Below, one piece after another: positions 1 to 9,005 of a stretch of DNA of 64,000 nucleotides. This DNA is from Candidatus Pacebacteria bacterium CG2_30_36_39. Its GTDB lineage: Bacteria; Patescibacteriota; Microgenomatia; UBA1400; PJMF01. Made by a program: the position numbers and the translations under genes. The notes beneath the pieces were generated by a model that was not told where the DNA came from, ran no database searches, and worked only from the letters and a program-made list of their open reading frames with translations. Positions within the stretch are counted from its first letter, which is position 1. Every line of letters begins with the position of its first letter. Where the stretch lies: contig MNZB01000003.1 in NCBI GenBank assembly GCA_001873435.1, positions 206,031-270,030 on the forward strand, read 5' to 3'.

Positions 1-1736
1 TGGATAGTAATAACATCAGTCATATTGTCCAAGTTTTCACCATTGACTGTAAATTTTTTGACTGTGGCACAGTCTTTTTGTTTACCACACTCAGTAAAAG
101 CATCAACAAACATAAAGCTACCATCGCCAACATAGGCAACATTGGTGTCATTAATTCTTTTTGGATCTGAGTTTTTAAAGTATCCTTTTAAATCAACATT
201 TAGAATTTTGGTGTTTTCCTTATTATTGAAATCAAGAATTTTAACTGCTCCAGTTTCATAATTTGTTAACCACATATATTTGCCGTCATAGGCAAGGTTG
301 CTGATATTCATTTTTTCAAATTCTGTGTCACCTAGTTTTTCTAATTTATCTGTTGGTAAATCATAGATATAGATACCATCACTAAAAACGCTTACTTCGC
401 ATGGCTCTGAACCACTACAGGTTTTTTCTTGAGACACTGGTCCTTTGATAATTAACCTGTCATAGCTGATGTAGCCACCAGCAAAAGTCCAAGCGGTAAC
501 AATGGGTAGCTTTTTGACAGTCAAAGTACTGCCGTCACATGACAAAGTGTAGATACGCCAATCCTCGCCAGTTGCTTTGCCATAGATAACTGCATGGGTC
601 TCATTTTGGAAGCGAGCAGCAATAGGATCATATGGGTAAGAAACGCTATAAAGTTCAATTGGTTTGTTGTCGTAACGTACTAATTGTCTACCACAAGCAG
701 AGTCAGGTGTTTGGAAAAAAGCGCCATCATGACCACCATAAACTATGGCTGTGCCTTGTGGAGAGATGACATAGTAACTATCGTCTGGCGCAGTGACTTG
801 ATCATAAACTTTTTCAGAATAACCGTTATAACTTACAAATGGGTCGTATTTATATAAGGCTCCACTTTTGACATAAAAAAGTTTGTTGTCACGAATCTCA
901 AATTTCTTGGGAAAACTTGCGTCATCCCAAATATTACTACCAGTAAAACGAATGTTTTCAGCTGGATCATAGAGAACCAGTTGCCTATTTTGAATTCCCA
1001 CCAACTTTTTTGGTTTATACTCTCTGAGTCCCATGGTTACAGTAGTGCCCTCTGGGGAGACCTTTAGTTCTTTGAAGGTGGTAGGAAACAAACCTGTGAC
1101 TCCATTAGATGATTCAAAGATTTGGTAATATTTTTGACCAAAAAAGTGTTGGTCAGCTGTTGGGCCATACTCATTATTGTAAGGACTCAGATAATAGGCT
1201 ACTTCATAATCGCCTTTGTCCAAGCCACTAAGCATAATTACTCCCTCGCCATCAGTTTCTAAGCTGATAAAGGGAAGTGTTTCTCCTTTGCGGCGAACAT
1301 TGATGCCTACTCCATCCTGGCCTTTTTCCCATTGTTCTTGTTTGCCATTGTCATTTAGATCAAACCAAAACTGGAATTTAACCATGCCAGCCGAAACTTT
1401 TTCTTCTGTACCAAACTTAGCAAAAAGCGTTTCTCCAATATCTGGCAAAGCCTGAGTTTGTTCTGGAGTTGGAGTTTTTTTCCAGGATGCTTTGGCATAA
1501 AAACCAACAGAGAAGAAGAATAATGCTATTAGAAAAGCACCAAAAATCCACATGGCAATTTTGATCATGCGTTTTCTTGCTATTTTTTTATCAGCATCAT
1601 CGTTGAAAGATTTTAGAATTGAAGTACCACCAGGATTTGTTTGTTCAGTTTTTGTTTCTTCTGGTTGTTCCAACCTAATTTTTGGAGTTGGAGAAACTTG
1701 GTTACTAGAGAAGGGTGAGCGTTGGAAAGAATCCAT
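1..1736 (-). CDS. Membrane-anchored extracytoplasmic protein, possibly beta-propeller-like; partial, runs off the left edge
   Basis: Not in the ORF track. ATG at 1736 reads MDSFQRSPFSS...MIKIAMWIFGAFLIALFFFSVGFYAK (one TM helix). The same frame is open at the left edge; TATAAT lies 7 nt upstream of the ATG. Confidence 0.7.
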   Translation of the reverse strand, partial: MDSFQRSPFSSNQVSPTPKIRLEQPEETKTEQTNPGGTSILKSFNDDADKKIARKRMIKIAMWIFGAFLIALFFFSVGFYAKASWKKTPTPEQTQALPDIGETLFAKFGTEEKVSAGMVKFQFWFDLNDNGKQEQWEKGQDGVGINVRRKGETLPFISLETDGEGVIMLSGLDKGDYEVAYYLSPYNNEYGPTADQHFFGQKYYQIFESSNGVTGLFPTTFKELKVSPEGTTVTMGLREYKPKKLVGIQNRQLVLYDPAENIRFTGSNIWDDASFPKKFEIRDNKLFYVKSGALYKYDPFVSYNGYSEKVYDQVTAPDDSYYVISPQGTAIVYGGHDGAFFQTPDSACGRQLVRYDNKPIELYSVSYPYDPIAARFQNETHAVIYGKATGEDWRIYTLSCDGSTLTVKKLPIVTAWTFAGGYISYDRLIIKGPVSQEKTCSGSEPCEVSVFSDGIYIYDLPTDKLEKLGDTEFEKMNISNLAYDGKYMWLTNYETGAVKILDFNNKENTKILNVDLKGYFKNSDPKRINDTNVAYVGDGSFMFVDAFTECGKQKDCATVKKFTVNGENLDNMTDVITI

Positions 1737-1836
1737 GTGTCTTATTATACGCACAATTTAATAATAAAAGAACAAATGGAGTTTTTTCAAAAAACTTGGT
1801 AATTATTAATATTTGTTAATTATAGATAGAAGAGCT

Positions 1837-1877
1837 CTGTAAACGTGAAAACAGGGTGGCTTTTGGCCACCCTGTTT
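1837..1877 (-). terminator. Intrinsic terminator, copy 1 of an identical 41-bp repeat
   Basis: Minus strand: AAACAGGGTGGC-CAAAA-GCCACCCTGTTTTCACGTTTACAG, just downstream of the 1904 stop; identical to 2638-2678. Confidence 0.85.
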
Positions 1878-1903
1878 GTTTCTCACAAAGCACACAGGTG
1901 GGA

Positions 1904-2452
1904 TTAATCTTGCTTTCGGGCTACGGCAGCTGACAGCGCTGTAACCTTTGCAACTTTGCTTTTCTTGCGGCTCAGCGCGTTGCGTTCGCGAGTCATTTCC
2001 CGGATATTTTTCTGTAACTGATCGGTTTCCCGTTCAGCCATCTGCTCAACTTGTTCCGGAGTTTGTTGAAGCAGAACCAGGAGCTCTCTGGCTCCTTCGG
2101 TCACGTCCTTGACTTCTTTGCGAGCGGTTCGCAGATCCTTGCGCAGAACCTTGTTTTTCTTTTTTTCCTCTTCGAGCGCAGCCTGAGCTGCGTCTCCGAG
2201 TTCAACTCTTTCGAGGAGTCTGGCATTTTCAGCCATAAGAGCCTCGTATTCGTCGAGAGAAACAAGATCATCGAAGGTTGCCGCCAAGCGTCCGAAGACT
2301 TGCTTGTTGCCAGCCCATTGGGCGACTGATTTGGCGGTATTGCGAATTTTCCACTCGGTCCAGAAAGCGAAGAACTCAGAAAGCCAATGGCTAACTTTGT
2401 TCTGGCTCAGAACGATTTGTTCGAACTTCTTGACTTGGATGGGTTCGTCCAT
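1904..2452 (-). CDS. Hypothetical coiled-coil protein, paralogue of 2746-3288
   Basis: 182 aa, GC-richer than the flanks, GAGGTG SD. Shares FGR(L/I)AA(T/S)F, (T/S)P(E/D)QV and KV(T/R)AL motifs with its neighbour. Confidence 0.8.
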   Translation of the reverse strand: MDEPIQVKKFEQIVLSQNKVSHWLSEFFAFWTEWKIRNTAKSVAQWAGNKQVFGRLAATFDDLVSLDEYEALMAENARLLERVELGDAAQAALEEEKKKNKVLRKDLRTARKEVKDVTEGARELLVLLQQTPEQVEQMAERETDQLQKNIREMTRERNALSRKKSKVAKVTALSAAVARKQD

Positions 2453-2555
2453 AGATCACCTCATGATTCTTGAATTAATCCTGTGTGTTGTGAAGGTGCG
2501 TCTTTGCGCGCTTGACTCCCATACGGGAATTGTTGCAGGCATCGACACATCTGTA

Positions 2556-2584
2556 ATTATAGCACAATAAGCCTATAATATCAA
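2556..2584 (-). promoter_or_regulatory. Sigma70-type promoter of cassette 1
   Basis: TTGATA-17 nt-TATAAT on the minus strand; 2558-2588 matches 3548-3578 at 27/31 positions. Confidence 0.75.
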
Positions 2585-2637
2585 TAGTAGAGATGTATTG
2601 GTTGAGTTTGAAAAAGAACGAAATTTATATATTTTGG

Positions 2638-2678
2638 CTGTAAACGTGAAAACAGGGTGGCTTTTGGCCACCCTGTTT
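2638..2678 (-). terminator. Intrinsic terminator, copy 2 of an identical 41-bp repeat
   Basis: Exact copy of 1837-1877, downstream of the 2746 stop. Confidence 0.85.
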
Positions 2679-2745
2679 TGGGGTATTACACTTGCACGGA
2701 GGAGAGAGGATCCAGCGCTATTCGATTGTAGCCGAGAGCCGCAGG

Positions 2746-3288
2746 TTACGCGCTGAGTTTTGAAGTCAGGGCGCGGACCTTGCGAGCCGAGGAGGTTGCC
2801 GAGCGGGACTGGCGGATGGTCTGGTTCACGAACGTCATGGAGACGGTCGCTTCCTTCTCAGCCTGTTCCATCCACTTGTCAACCTGATCGGGACTGATCT
2901 TGGCGAGTGTCAAGACCGTCTCGAACGCTTCTTGCTGTTCGCCGGCGAGGGCTTCAGCGCGTTCAGCGCGGGTCTTCATCGCGGGATATTTGTCCGCCAC
3001 GGCTTTGGCGCCGGCGAGAGCCTTGTTCAGGCGCTCGATTTCCTTGTTCGCGGTGCTGAGTTGGGACTCGAGACTGCGGACTTCGGAAATGTGGGCAAGG
3101 TGCTTCGGGAAGGAAGCGGCGATGCGACCGAATGAATCGGCATCGTGCAGGTCGGTCAGAGCGCCGAAGGCGGTCTGCAGATTGCTGGCTTCCTGGCGGG
3201 CTGCCAGGTTGGCGCGCATGGAGGCAAAGTTATCGGACAAGCCGAAAACGCCGGACGCGGGGACGATGGGTTCAAAAGTTTTGGTCAT
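2746..3288 (-). CDS. Hypothetical coiled-coil protein, paralogue of 1904-2452
   Basis: 180 aa, visibly the most GC-rich stretch of the window, AAGGAG SD, Ala-rich heptad pattern. Confidence 0.8.
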   Translation of the reverse strand: MTKTFEPIVPASGVFGLSDNFASMRANLAARQEASNLQTAFGALTDLHDADSFGRIAASFPKHLAHISEVRSLESQLSTANKEIERLNKALAGAKAVADKYPAMKTRAERAEALAGEQQEAFETVLTLAKISPDQVDKWMEQAEKEATVSMTFVNQTIRQSRSATSSARKVRALTSKLSA

Positions 3289-3545
3289 GGGTAGTACTCC
3301 TTGAGTTTTTTTTGGCTATTTAAAGCCGAATATGCAGTTTCACCTTTTTCTGAGTGCAGCGCACTCAGTATTTGGATTACGCAGTCAAAAACCTAAAAAT
3401 AAGTTTCTCACTGCGCAATCCAATTTGGATCACAAGCAAAAAAATCAAAGAAGTAAAAACCTCTTTTCTATGTGCAATGTAAATGTGCGGTTGTTAGTGC
3501 CTTAGTGCATCGTAGTGATGCGTTAGGCGACTGACAACGAGGGGA

Positions 3546-3574
3546 AGTATAGCAAAATGAGCCTATAGTGTCAA
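3546..3574 (-). promoter_or_regulatory. Sigma70-type promoter of cassette 2
   Basis: TTGACA-17 nt-TATACT on the minus strand, about 250 nt upstream of the ATG at 3288. Confidence 0.75.
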
Positions 3575-3838
3575 TAGTTAAAATTATATCTGGTAGTGTA
3601 TTAGCAGTTTACCAGACTAAATATATATTTTATATTGTTATTATATATTTGTTATAAGACTGTTATTTCTATTACTATAACTATATATAAGTAGTCTTTG
3701 CTGACTAATTTGTGTTACTATATATTTGTAGTAAGCCAGTTGATTATCATTTTTCTTGTTTTTTATTGTGTGTCGTAATATTCACTTTTAAACAAAAAGC
3801 GAATGGGCTTAACTACCTAAAATGGATGAAAAAATGTT

Positions 3839-5812
3839 ATGAACACTCACGAATTTGTTGAATTTATTCTTTTTATTGGTATTTTTTTTACGGTTGCATC
3901 TCTATTGCAAGTGTTTGTAGAGAAAGTTAAATTCCCCTACACCGTTGCACTATTGATTTTGGGATTTTTTGTTCAATACCTCTCAAGAGTTTTTCATATC
4001 CCAATCCATGCAGAGCTAACTCCGGATTTTATTTTTTTCTTTCTTCTTCCCATTCTTTTGTTTGGGGCAGCAATGCATATTCGTTTACATCAATTCAAAC
4101 TCCAATTTAAAACAATAGCTTTTGCCGCTACCTTTGGTTTACTGTTATCAATTTTAATTGTGGGATTGGGAACAACTTGGTTATTGGGCTTACCCATAGA
4201 AGGAGCTTTTCTTTTTGGAGCTCTAATTTCTGCCACAGACCCAATTGCTGTTTTAGCAATTTTTAAAACTTTAGGCGCTCCCAAACGTTTATCTTTATTA
4301 GCAGACGGTGAAAGTATGTTCAATGATGCTACAGCCGTTATTTTATTTAGAATCTTAATTACCATAGTTTCTGGTGCGACTGTTTTTTCTAGTTATACTT
4401 TAGTTGAAGGTGTTGAAGAATTTTTTTATGTTTTCTTTGGTAGTATTGCTGCTGGACTAATCTTAGGCTATGGAGTGAGTTGGTTGGTTTCAAAAATCAA
4501 TAACTATGCTGTAGAAATGACTCTAACCATTGGTGCAGCTCTAATTGCCTTTACTGGTGCTGAATATTTTTTTCATCTATCTGGGGTTATTACTAGTGTA
4601 ATAGCTGGATTAGTAGTAGGAAACATGGGCAGATCTCGTTTTTCACCAAGTGTTGCCCATTTTATTAGCGAGCTATGGGAATATCTGGGTTACTTGGCTG
4701 TATCTGTGGTATTTTTCTTTGCTACTTTTTCACTTGATACAACTCAATTTTTATATAATCCGACTCGTTGGATGTTAGCCATAGGAATTGTGATTGTTGC
4801 CAGATCAATTTCTACTTATTTAACCTATGCCATTAGCAATGTTTTACCACTATTCAAAGATGAACCAACTGTGCCACTTAATTGGCAACATGTTCTCAAT
4901 TGGGGTGGATTGAGAGGAGTTATTCCACTGGTATTGGTTTTTTCTATTCCAGACTCTGTTTGGTATAAAGAGGATTTAACAATCTTTACTTTTGCAGTTT
5001 TATTATTTTCACTTTTTGTTAATGGCTTAACAATCAAATATTTATTAAAGTTTCTTGGTTTAAACATAACTAAAAAAGAAGTTCAGATTGCACAAATAGA
5101 AAAAGATATTTTTCGAATAGAAAAAGCTAAAAACATTCTCGCCTCTTTACCTAGTGGTGAATTTAATATTACCAATCTTAATGAAATGGATATTTTATTA
5201 AAAAATGAAGAAGCTTTGTATAAAAAACAATTAGACTCATTAGTAACAGTTGAGAGCTTAGAAAAGAGTTTGAGACTTGAGTTCATTTCTTTGCAACGTG
5301 AACATCTTGAAAGTTTATTTTGGCAGGGTTACGTAAGTGAAAATGTTATGTTGGAATTTGATGCGCGACTTGATTTATTGGAGGATGCTTTGGAATATCC
5401 AGAGGTATATAACAAAGAAAATTTTCGTTCAAAAAGCAGAATTACCGAGCGTGAATTATTTCGTAAACAATTATCTAGAGTGCGTCGAATCATGAGACGT
5501 TTGCCGTTTATTAAGAGACTTTTATTTAATGAAAACCAGCATTTGGTCACTGAACGCTTCTATTTACTCAAAGCCAGAATTATCACTAGCCGTGAAGTGC
5601 TCAAACAAATTGAAAGACTAGTTCCTTTATTTGCCAAAGAAGAAGCTGTGAAAGTATTGAAGAGTTTACAAGAAGAACATGAGATTTATATTGTCGATAA
5701 TACCTTAGAAATTAAAGAATTAAGACGTAAATATGGTAAATGGATTGATGAGTGTCAACAAAAATTATTAAGAAAGCTAATTCATCCCATTAACCCAAGT
5801 TTTATTGATTGA
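3839..5812 (+). CDS. Na+/H+ antiporter, CPA1 family (NhaP/NhaG-like)
   Basis: LISATDPIAV, GESMFNDA and WGGLRG motifs; about 12 TM helices plus a cytoplasmic C-terminal domain. Confidence 0.92.
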   Translation: MNTHEFVEFILFIGIFFTVASLLQVFVEKVKFPYTVALLILGFFVQYLSRVFHIPIHAELTPDFIFFFLLPILLFGAAMHIRLHQFKLQFKTIAFAATFGLLLSILIVGLGTTWLLGLPIEGAFLFGALISATDPIAVLAIFKTLGAPKRLSLLADGESMFNDATAVILFRILITIVSGATVFSSYTLVEGVEEFFYVFFGSIAAGLILGYGVSWLVSKINNYAVEMTLTIGAALIAFTGAEYFFHLSGVITSVIAGLVVGNMGRSRFSPSVAHFISELWEYLGYLAVSVVFFFATFSLDTTQFLYNPTRWMLAIGIVIVARSISTYLTYAISNVLPLFKDEPTVPLNWQHVLNWGGLRGVIPLVLVFSIPDSVWYKEDLTIFTFAVLLFSLFVNGLTIKYLLKFLGLNITKKEVQIAQIEKDIFRIEKAKNILASLPSGEFNITNLNEMDILLKNEEALYKKQLDSLVTVESLEKSLRLEFISLQREHLESLFWQGYVSENVMLEFDARLDLLEDALEYPEVYNKENFRSKSRITERELFRKQLSRVRRIMRRLPFIKRLLFNENQHLVTERFYLLKARIITSREVLKQIERLVPLFAKEEAVKVLKSLQEEHEIYIVDNTLEIKELRRKYGKWIDECQQKLLRKLIHPINPSFID

Positions 5813-7157
5813 GTAGTTTTTGTCTTTGTAAATTCCAATATTTACCACGACGACACAAATATTTTTCATCTTCTGGATTTGCCAGAAGTTTTTCTACGGC
5901 AATTTCAAGTAGAAGAGTATTTTGCGAAGCTTTGACCAAGGCACAGTCATTTGGTTGAATTTTTGGTAATAGAAAATCAGCTGCTTTATGGGCATTGGAA
6001 AACCAATAAACAGGTGGTTTGCCATTTAGTTGTTCAAGATAAGGAAGAGCATATTCTTTCATCAATGGTCCAATTAAAATAATTAAATCAGCAATTTGAC
6101 TGGCTTTTTTTGCTATTTGCAGATGAGCTTGCTTGGCCTCGTCCCCCATCTCTCTCATATCACCAAGAACTGCAATTTTTCTTTTTGCTTGTAATTTATC
6201 AAGCAGTTCCAATAGCATTTCCATTGGTTTAACCGAGGCATTATAGGTACTGTCAAGAATATAGGAATTATTTTTTCCCTGAAAAAGACTAGATCTTCCT
6301 GGTGGATTAACTAGATTTTTTTCTAAAGCACTAACTGCTTCTTTTTGAGTAATGCCTAGAATTTTGGCTAAATTAAATACTGCTGCTAGGCTCAATCCAA
6401 ATTGTTCTGGTAGTACATGTTGAGGAAAGTTTAAAGAAAATTCTTTTAAGTCTTGTTTAAAAATAAACTTAGTTCCTTCAAAGGAAGTCTGCCAATTAAT
6501 GAGAAATGCTCCCTCATCTTCTTTATTTTTTTGGCCGAAAAATAATACTTGAGCTTTGGTTTTGTTAGAGAAGACTGAAACCTCACTATCATCTCTATTT
6601 AAAATTGCAAAACCATTTTTGGGTAATGAAGTAATTAATTTCCCCTTTTCTTGAGCAATGGCGTGAACAACTGCTTGTTTCTTTTTATTTTGATCAATCT
6701 CTTTAACTAAAGAATCAAATGCCTCGCTGTGAACAGCTTCAGCATTTAAAAATATTCCAATTTGAGGTTTTAAGAAACTCAATAAATAACTCATATTTTT
6801 GGGTGCAAAAGGACTATCAACTCCCATTTCTGCGACATAAATATCCACTGGTTGCCAATTAACTAGTAGTTGCCAAATTGCTTTAAAAGCAATCTTTGAC
6901 CAGGCTGCAATACTGAAATCTTGAGTTGTAATTCCGAGAATGTGGAGAGGCAGTCCTAGCTCTGAATTTGCCTTATGACTTACACTTATTTTTTTATTAG
7001 GCAAGGCTTTTAACACTGCTTCTATGGCATTTAGAACGCTGGTTTTACCGCTAGAACCAGTGATGCCAATAATTAGTGGTTTGGTTTTTCTAAGCTGTAA
7101 CTTGGCTAAATTTTTGATGTACCAAAGAAATAGTTTTAATAAAATATTTTTTACCAT
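5802..7157 (-). CDS. murF: UDP-MurNAc-tripeptide--D-Ala-D-Ala ligase
   Basis: GITGSSGKTS P-loop, NSELGLP, DSTYNAS, VLGDMREMG, LVKASQ. Confidence 0.88.
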   Translation of the reverse strand: MVKNILLKLFLWYIKNLAKLQLRKTKPLIIGITGSSGKTSVLNAIEAVLKALPNKKISVSHKANSELGLPLHILGITTQDFSIAAWSKIAFKAIWQLLVNWQPVDIYVAEMGVDSPFAPKNMSYLLSFLKPQIGIFLNAEAVHSEAFDSLVKEIDQNKKKQAVVHAIAQEKGKLITSLPKNGFAILNRDDSEVSVFSNKTKAQVLFFGQKNKEDEGAFLINWQTSFEGTKFIFKQDLKEFSLNFPQHVLPEQFGLSLAAVFNLAKILGITQKEAVSALEKNLVNPPGRSSLFQGKNNSYILDSTYNASVKPMEMLLELLDKLQAKRKIAVLGDMREMGDEAKQAHLQIAKKASQIADLIILIGPLMKEYALPYLEQLNGKPPVYWFSNAHKAADFLLPKIQPNDCALVKASQNTLLLEIAVEKLLANPEDEKYLCRRGKYWNLQRQKLLNQ

Positions 7158-7255
7158 ACACCAGATTGTAGCTTATCCATTGGCTTGTAAAAACCTTAAG
7201 AATTTGCCATACTCAATCTATCAATAGAATATATTTTTATTTAAAAAGGAAAAAA

Positions 7256-8107
7256 ATGAAAAAAACTGCATTAAAATTTGGCTTGGCTACCTTTGTTTTT
7301 ATAGCCTTAACATCTCCAGCTTTGGCTTTTGAAGTAGAAGTCGATCAAGCTGGTAATATGAAAATGTATGAGGGCTATGTTTTGGGTAGATCTACCGATG
7401 GTAGACCAGCTATTCGACAAGCGATGCCATCAAGAGCTCCATCTAGAATAGTGCCTGTTTCTTCTAATAAAGATATGGTGGTAACCATGGAAGCTGATGG
7501 GGCAAAAATTGAACTTAAAGATGATTTAGAGCAAACAGTTGTTGACGAGAAAGATGTTGTTAAAACCGAGAATTTAGAAGTGCGTTTTCCATCAAAAACT
7601 AAAAATATGACTGATGAGCAAAAGCAAAAGCTTAGTGAATATCAGGAAAAAATTCGTACTGCTAGACAAGAGCGTATTCAAGAAATGACTGAACTTCGTG
7701 AGCGTAAAAATGCTGATAGCAAAGCTTTGGAATTAAAGTCTAGGAATGTCAAAGCTCATATGAACGGTGCAGAGTTTGTTTATGATCCAACTACTGGTGA
7801 TGTTGCTCTTACAACCCCATCTGGCCAAACTCATGTTTTAACTCATTTGCCAGACCAAGCTTTGGCTAGAATGCAAGAAGCTGGATTAATTTCTGGCTTT
7901 GATTCAGAGAATCAGCAATTGGATGCTGTTGCCAATGATGATGGAGTTGAATATTCGTTAACTGTGGCAGAGAAGAAAAAATTCTTAAGCTTTTTCCCAA
8001 GAACAGTTGAACGTAAAGTTACTCTTGATGATGCTACTGGTGAGGTGAGTCAAGACTATACTTCTACTAGTTTCTTCACTCGTTTAATGGATAGATTGTC
8101 TTACTAA
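7256..8107 (+). CDS. Secreted hypothetical protein
   Basis: Signal peptide MKKTALKFGLATFVFIALTSPALA; AAGGA SD; terminator follows. Confidence 0.8.
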   Translation: MKKTALKFGLATFVFIALTSPALAFEVEVDQAGNMKMYEGYVLGRSTDGRPAIRQAMPSRAPSRIVPVSSNKDMVVTMEADGAKIELKDDLEQTVVDEKDVVKTENLEVRFPSKTKNMTDEQKQKLSEYQEKIRTARQERIQEMTELRERKNADSKALELKSRNVKAHMNGAEFVYDPTTGDVALTTPSGQTHVLTHLPDQALARMQEAGLISGFDSENQQLDAVANDDGVEYSLTVAEKKKFLSFFPRTVERKVTLDDATGEVSQDYTSTSFFTRLMDRLSY

Positions 8108-8127
8108 AAGAAAAAAGTAATTAGATG

Positions 8128-8157
8128 GCCAGCCTCTTCATAAGGAGGCTGGTTTTT
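8128..8157 (+). terminator. Intrinsic terminator between convergent genes
   Basis: GCCAGCCTC...GAGGCTGGT stem followed by a T tract. Confidence 0.75.
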
Positions 8158-8166
8158 GTTTAATAA

Positions 8167-8886
8167 CTATTTCATTTTTAAAAATTCAAGTCGAATGTCT
8201 TCTGGAAATTTTTCAATGGTATAGCGCAGCATTGTTCTTGGCATTTTAGTAGCATTGAGATAAAGAAAGTCTTTGAGAATTTGTTCGTTTCTTTTACCTA
8301 CTTCTCTCAACATCCAACCACTGGCTTTGTGGATTAAATCATGTCGGTCATTTAATACTTGTTTACCAATCTTTAGAATTTGTTTGAAATCATTGTTTTT
8401 AATAAATGGGAAGCAGGCAAGAATAGAAATTCTTCTTTCCCATAAATTATTTGAGCTAATTAAATTAAATATTTCTTTTTGTCTTTCAGGATTATTTAAA
8501 ATGTAATCCCCGATTATGTTTGGTGTTGTAACATCAACTAAATCCCAATTATTAATGTATTTACGTTGAGAAAAATATAAATTAAAGATTATTCCTTTTT
8601 GTTTTTCAGTCGCTTTTTTATATGCATAGACCATAGATAAAAGGCTAGTCAGTCTAATTTCATGGATTGGACTGGCAATGAGATTTTTTAAATCTGGCAA
8701 ATTAGTTAAAATCTTTGGAGCAAATTTTTGGGCGACTTTTCTTTGTTGTGGCACAGTAATTCCCCAAAAAATATCGCCTTCAGCATACTGACCTTTTCCA
8801 GTTTTAAAAAATCTCTGCAAAACTTTTGCTTTTTCTAGATTTTTAAGCTTTTCGAGGTCTTTAATGAGAGAGCTAGTCATTGTCAT
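8167..8886 (-). CDS. DNA alkylation repair protein, AlkD-like
   Basis: FFKTGKGQYAEGD, NNWDLVD, HKASGWMLREVGK, MPRTMLRY. Confidence 0.88.
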   Translation of the reverse strand: MTMTSSLIKDLEKLKNLEKAKVLQRFFKTGKGQYAEGDIFWGITVPQQRKVAQKFAPKILTNLPDLKNLIASPIHEIRLTSLLSMVYAYKKATEKQKGIIFNLYFSQRKYINNWDLVDVTTPNIIGDYILNNPERQKEIFNLISSNNLWERRISILACFPFIKNNDFKQILKIGKQVLNDRHDLIHKASGWMLREVGKRNEQILKDFLYLNATKMPRTMLRYTIEKFPEDIRLEFLKMK

Positions 8887-9005
8887 TGATTAACTTTAAC
8901 ACAACTATCAAGAACTGATATTTAAACATCAAGGGATACGAGATATAATTAAAATACTCCCTTTAGGGTAGTTGTTTTGTTTATTAAATTATTAAAGGAA
9001 ATTTC

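Noticed and set aside
1837-2678. 41-bp palindromic direct repeat as a CRISPR array or integron attC
   Set aside because: Only two copies, 801 bp apart, each a hairpin plus T tract after a stop codon; no cas or integron integrase in the window.
1216-3323. Plus-strand ORFs at 1216, 1552, 2051, 2304, 2900, 2932 and 3132
   Set aside because: Antisense to better-supported minus-strand genes that have a promoter, SD or terminator. The same applies to most other short antisense ORFs in the track.
3585-3760. AT-rich stretch with TATATATTTGT repeats as a replication origin
   Set aside because: No DnaA-box cluster or dnaA context seen; the repeats are short and low-complexity.
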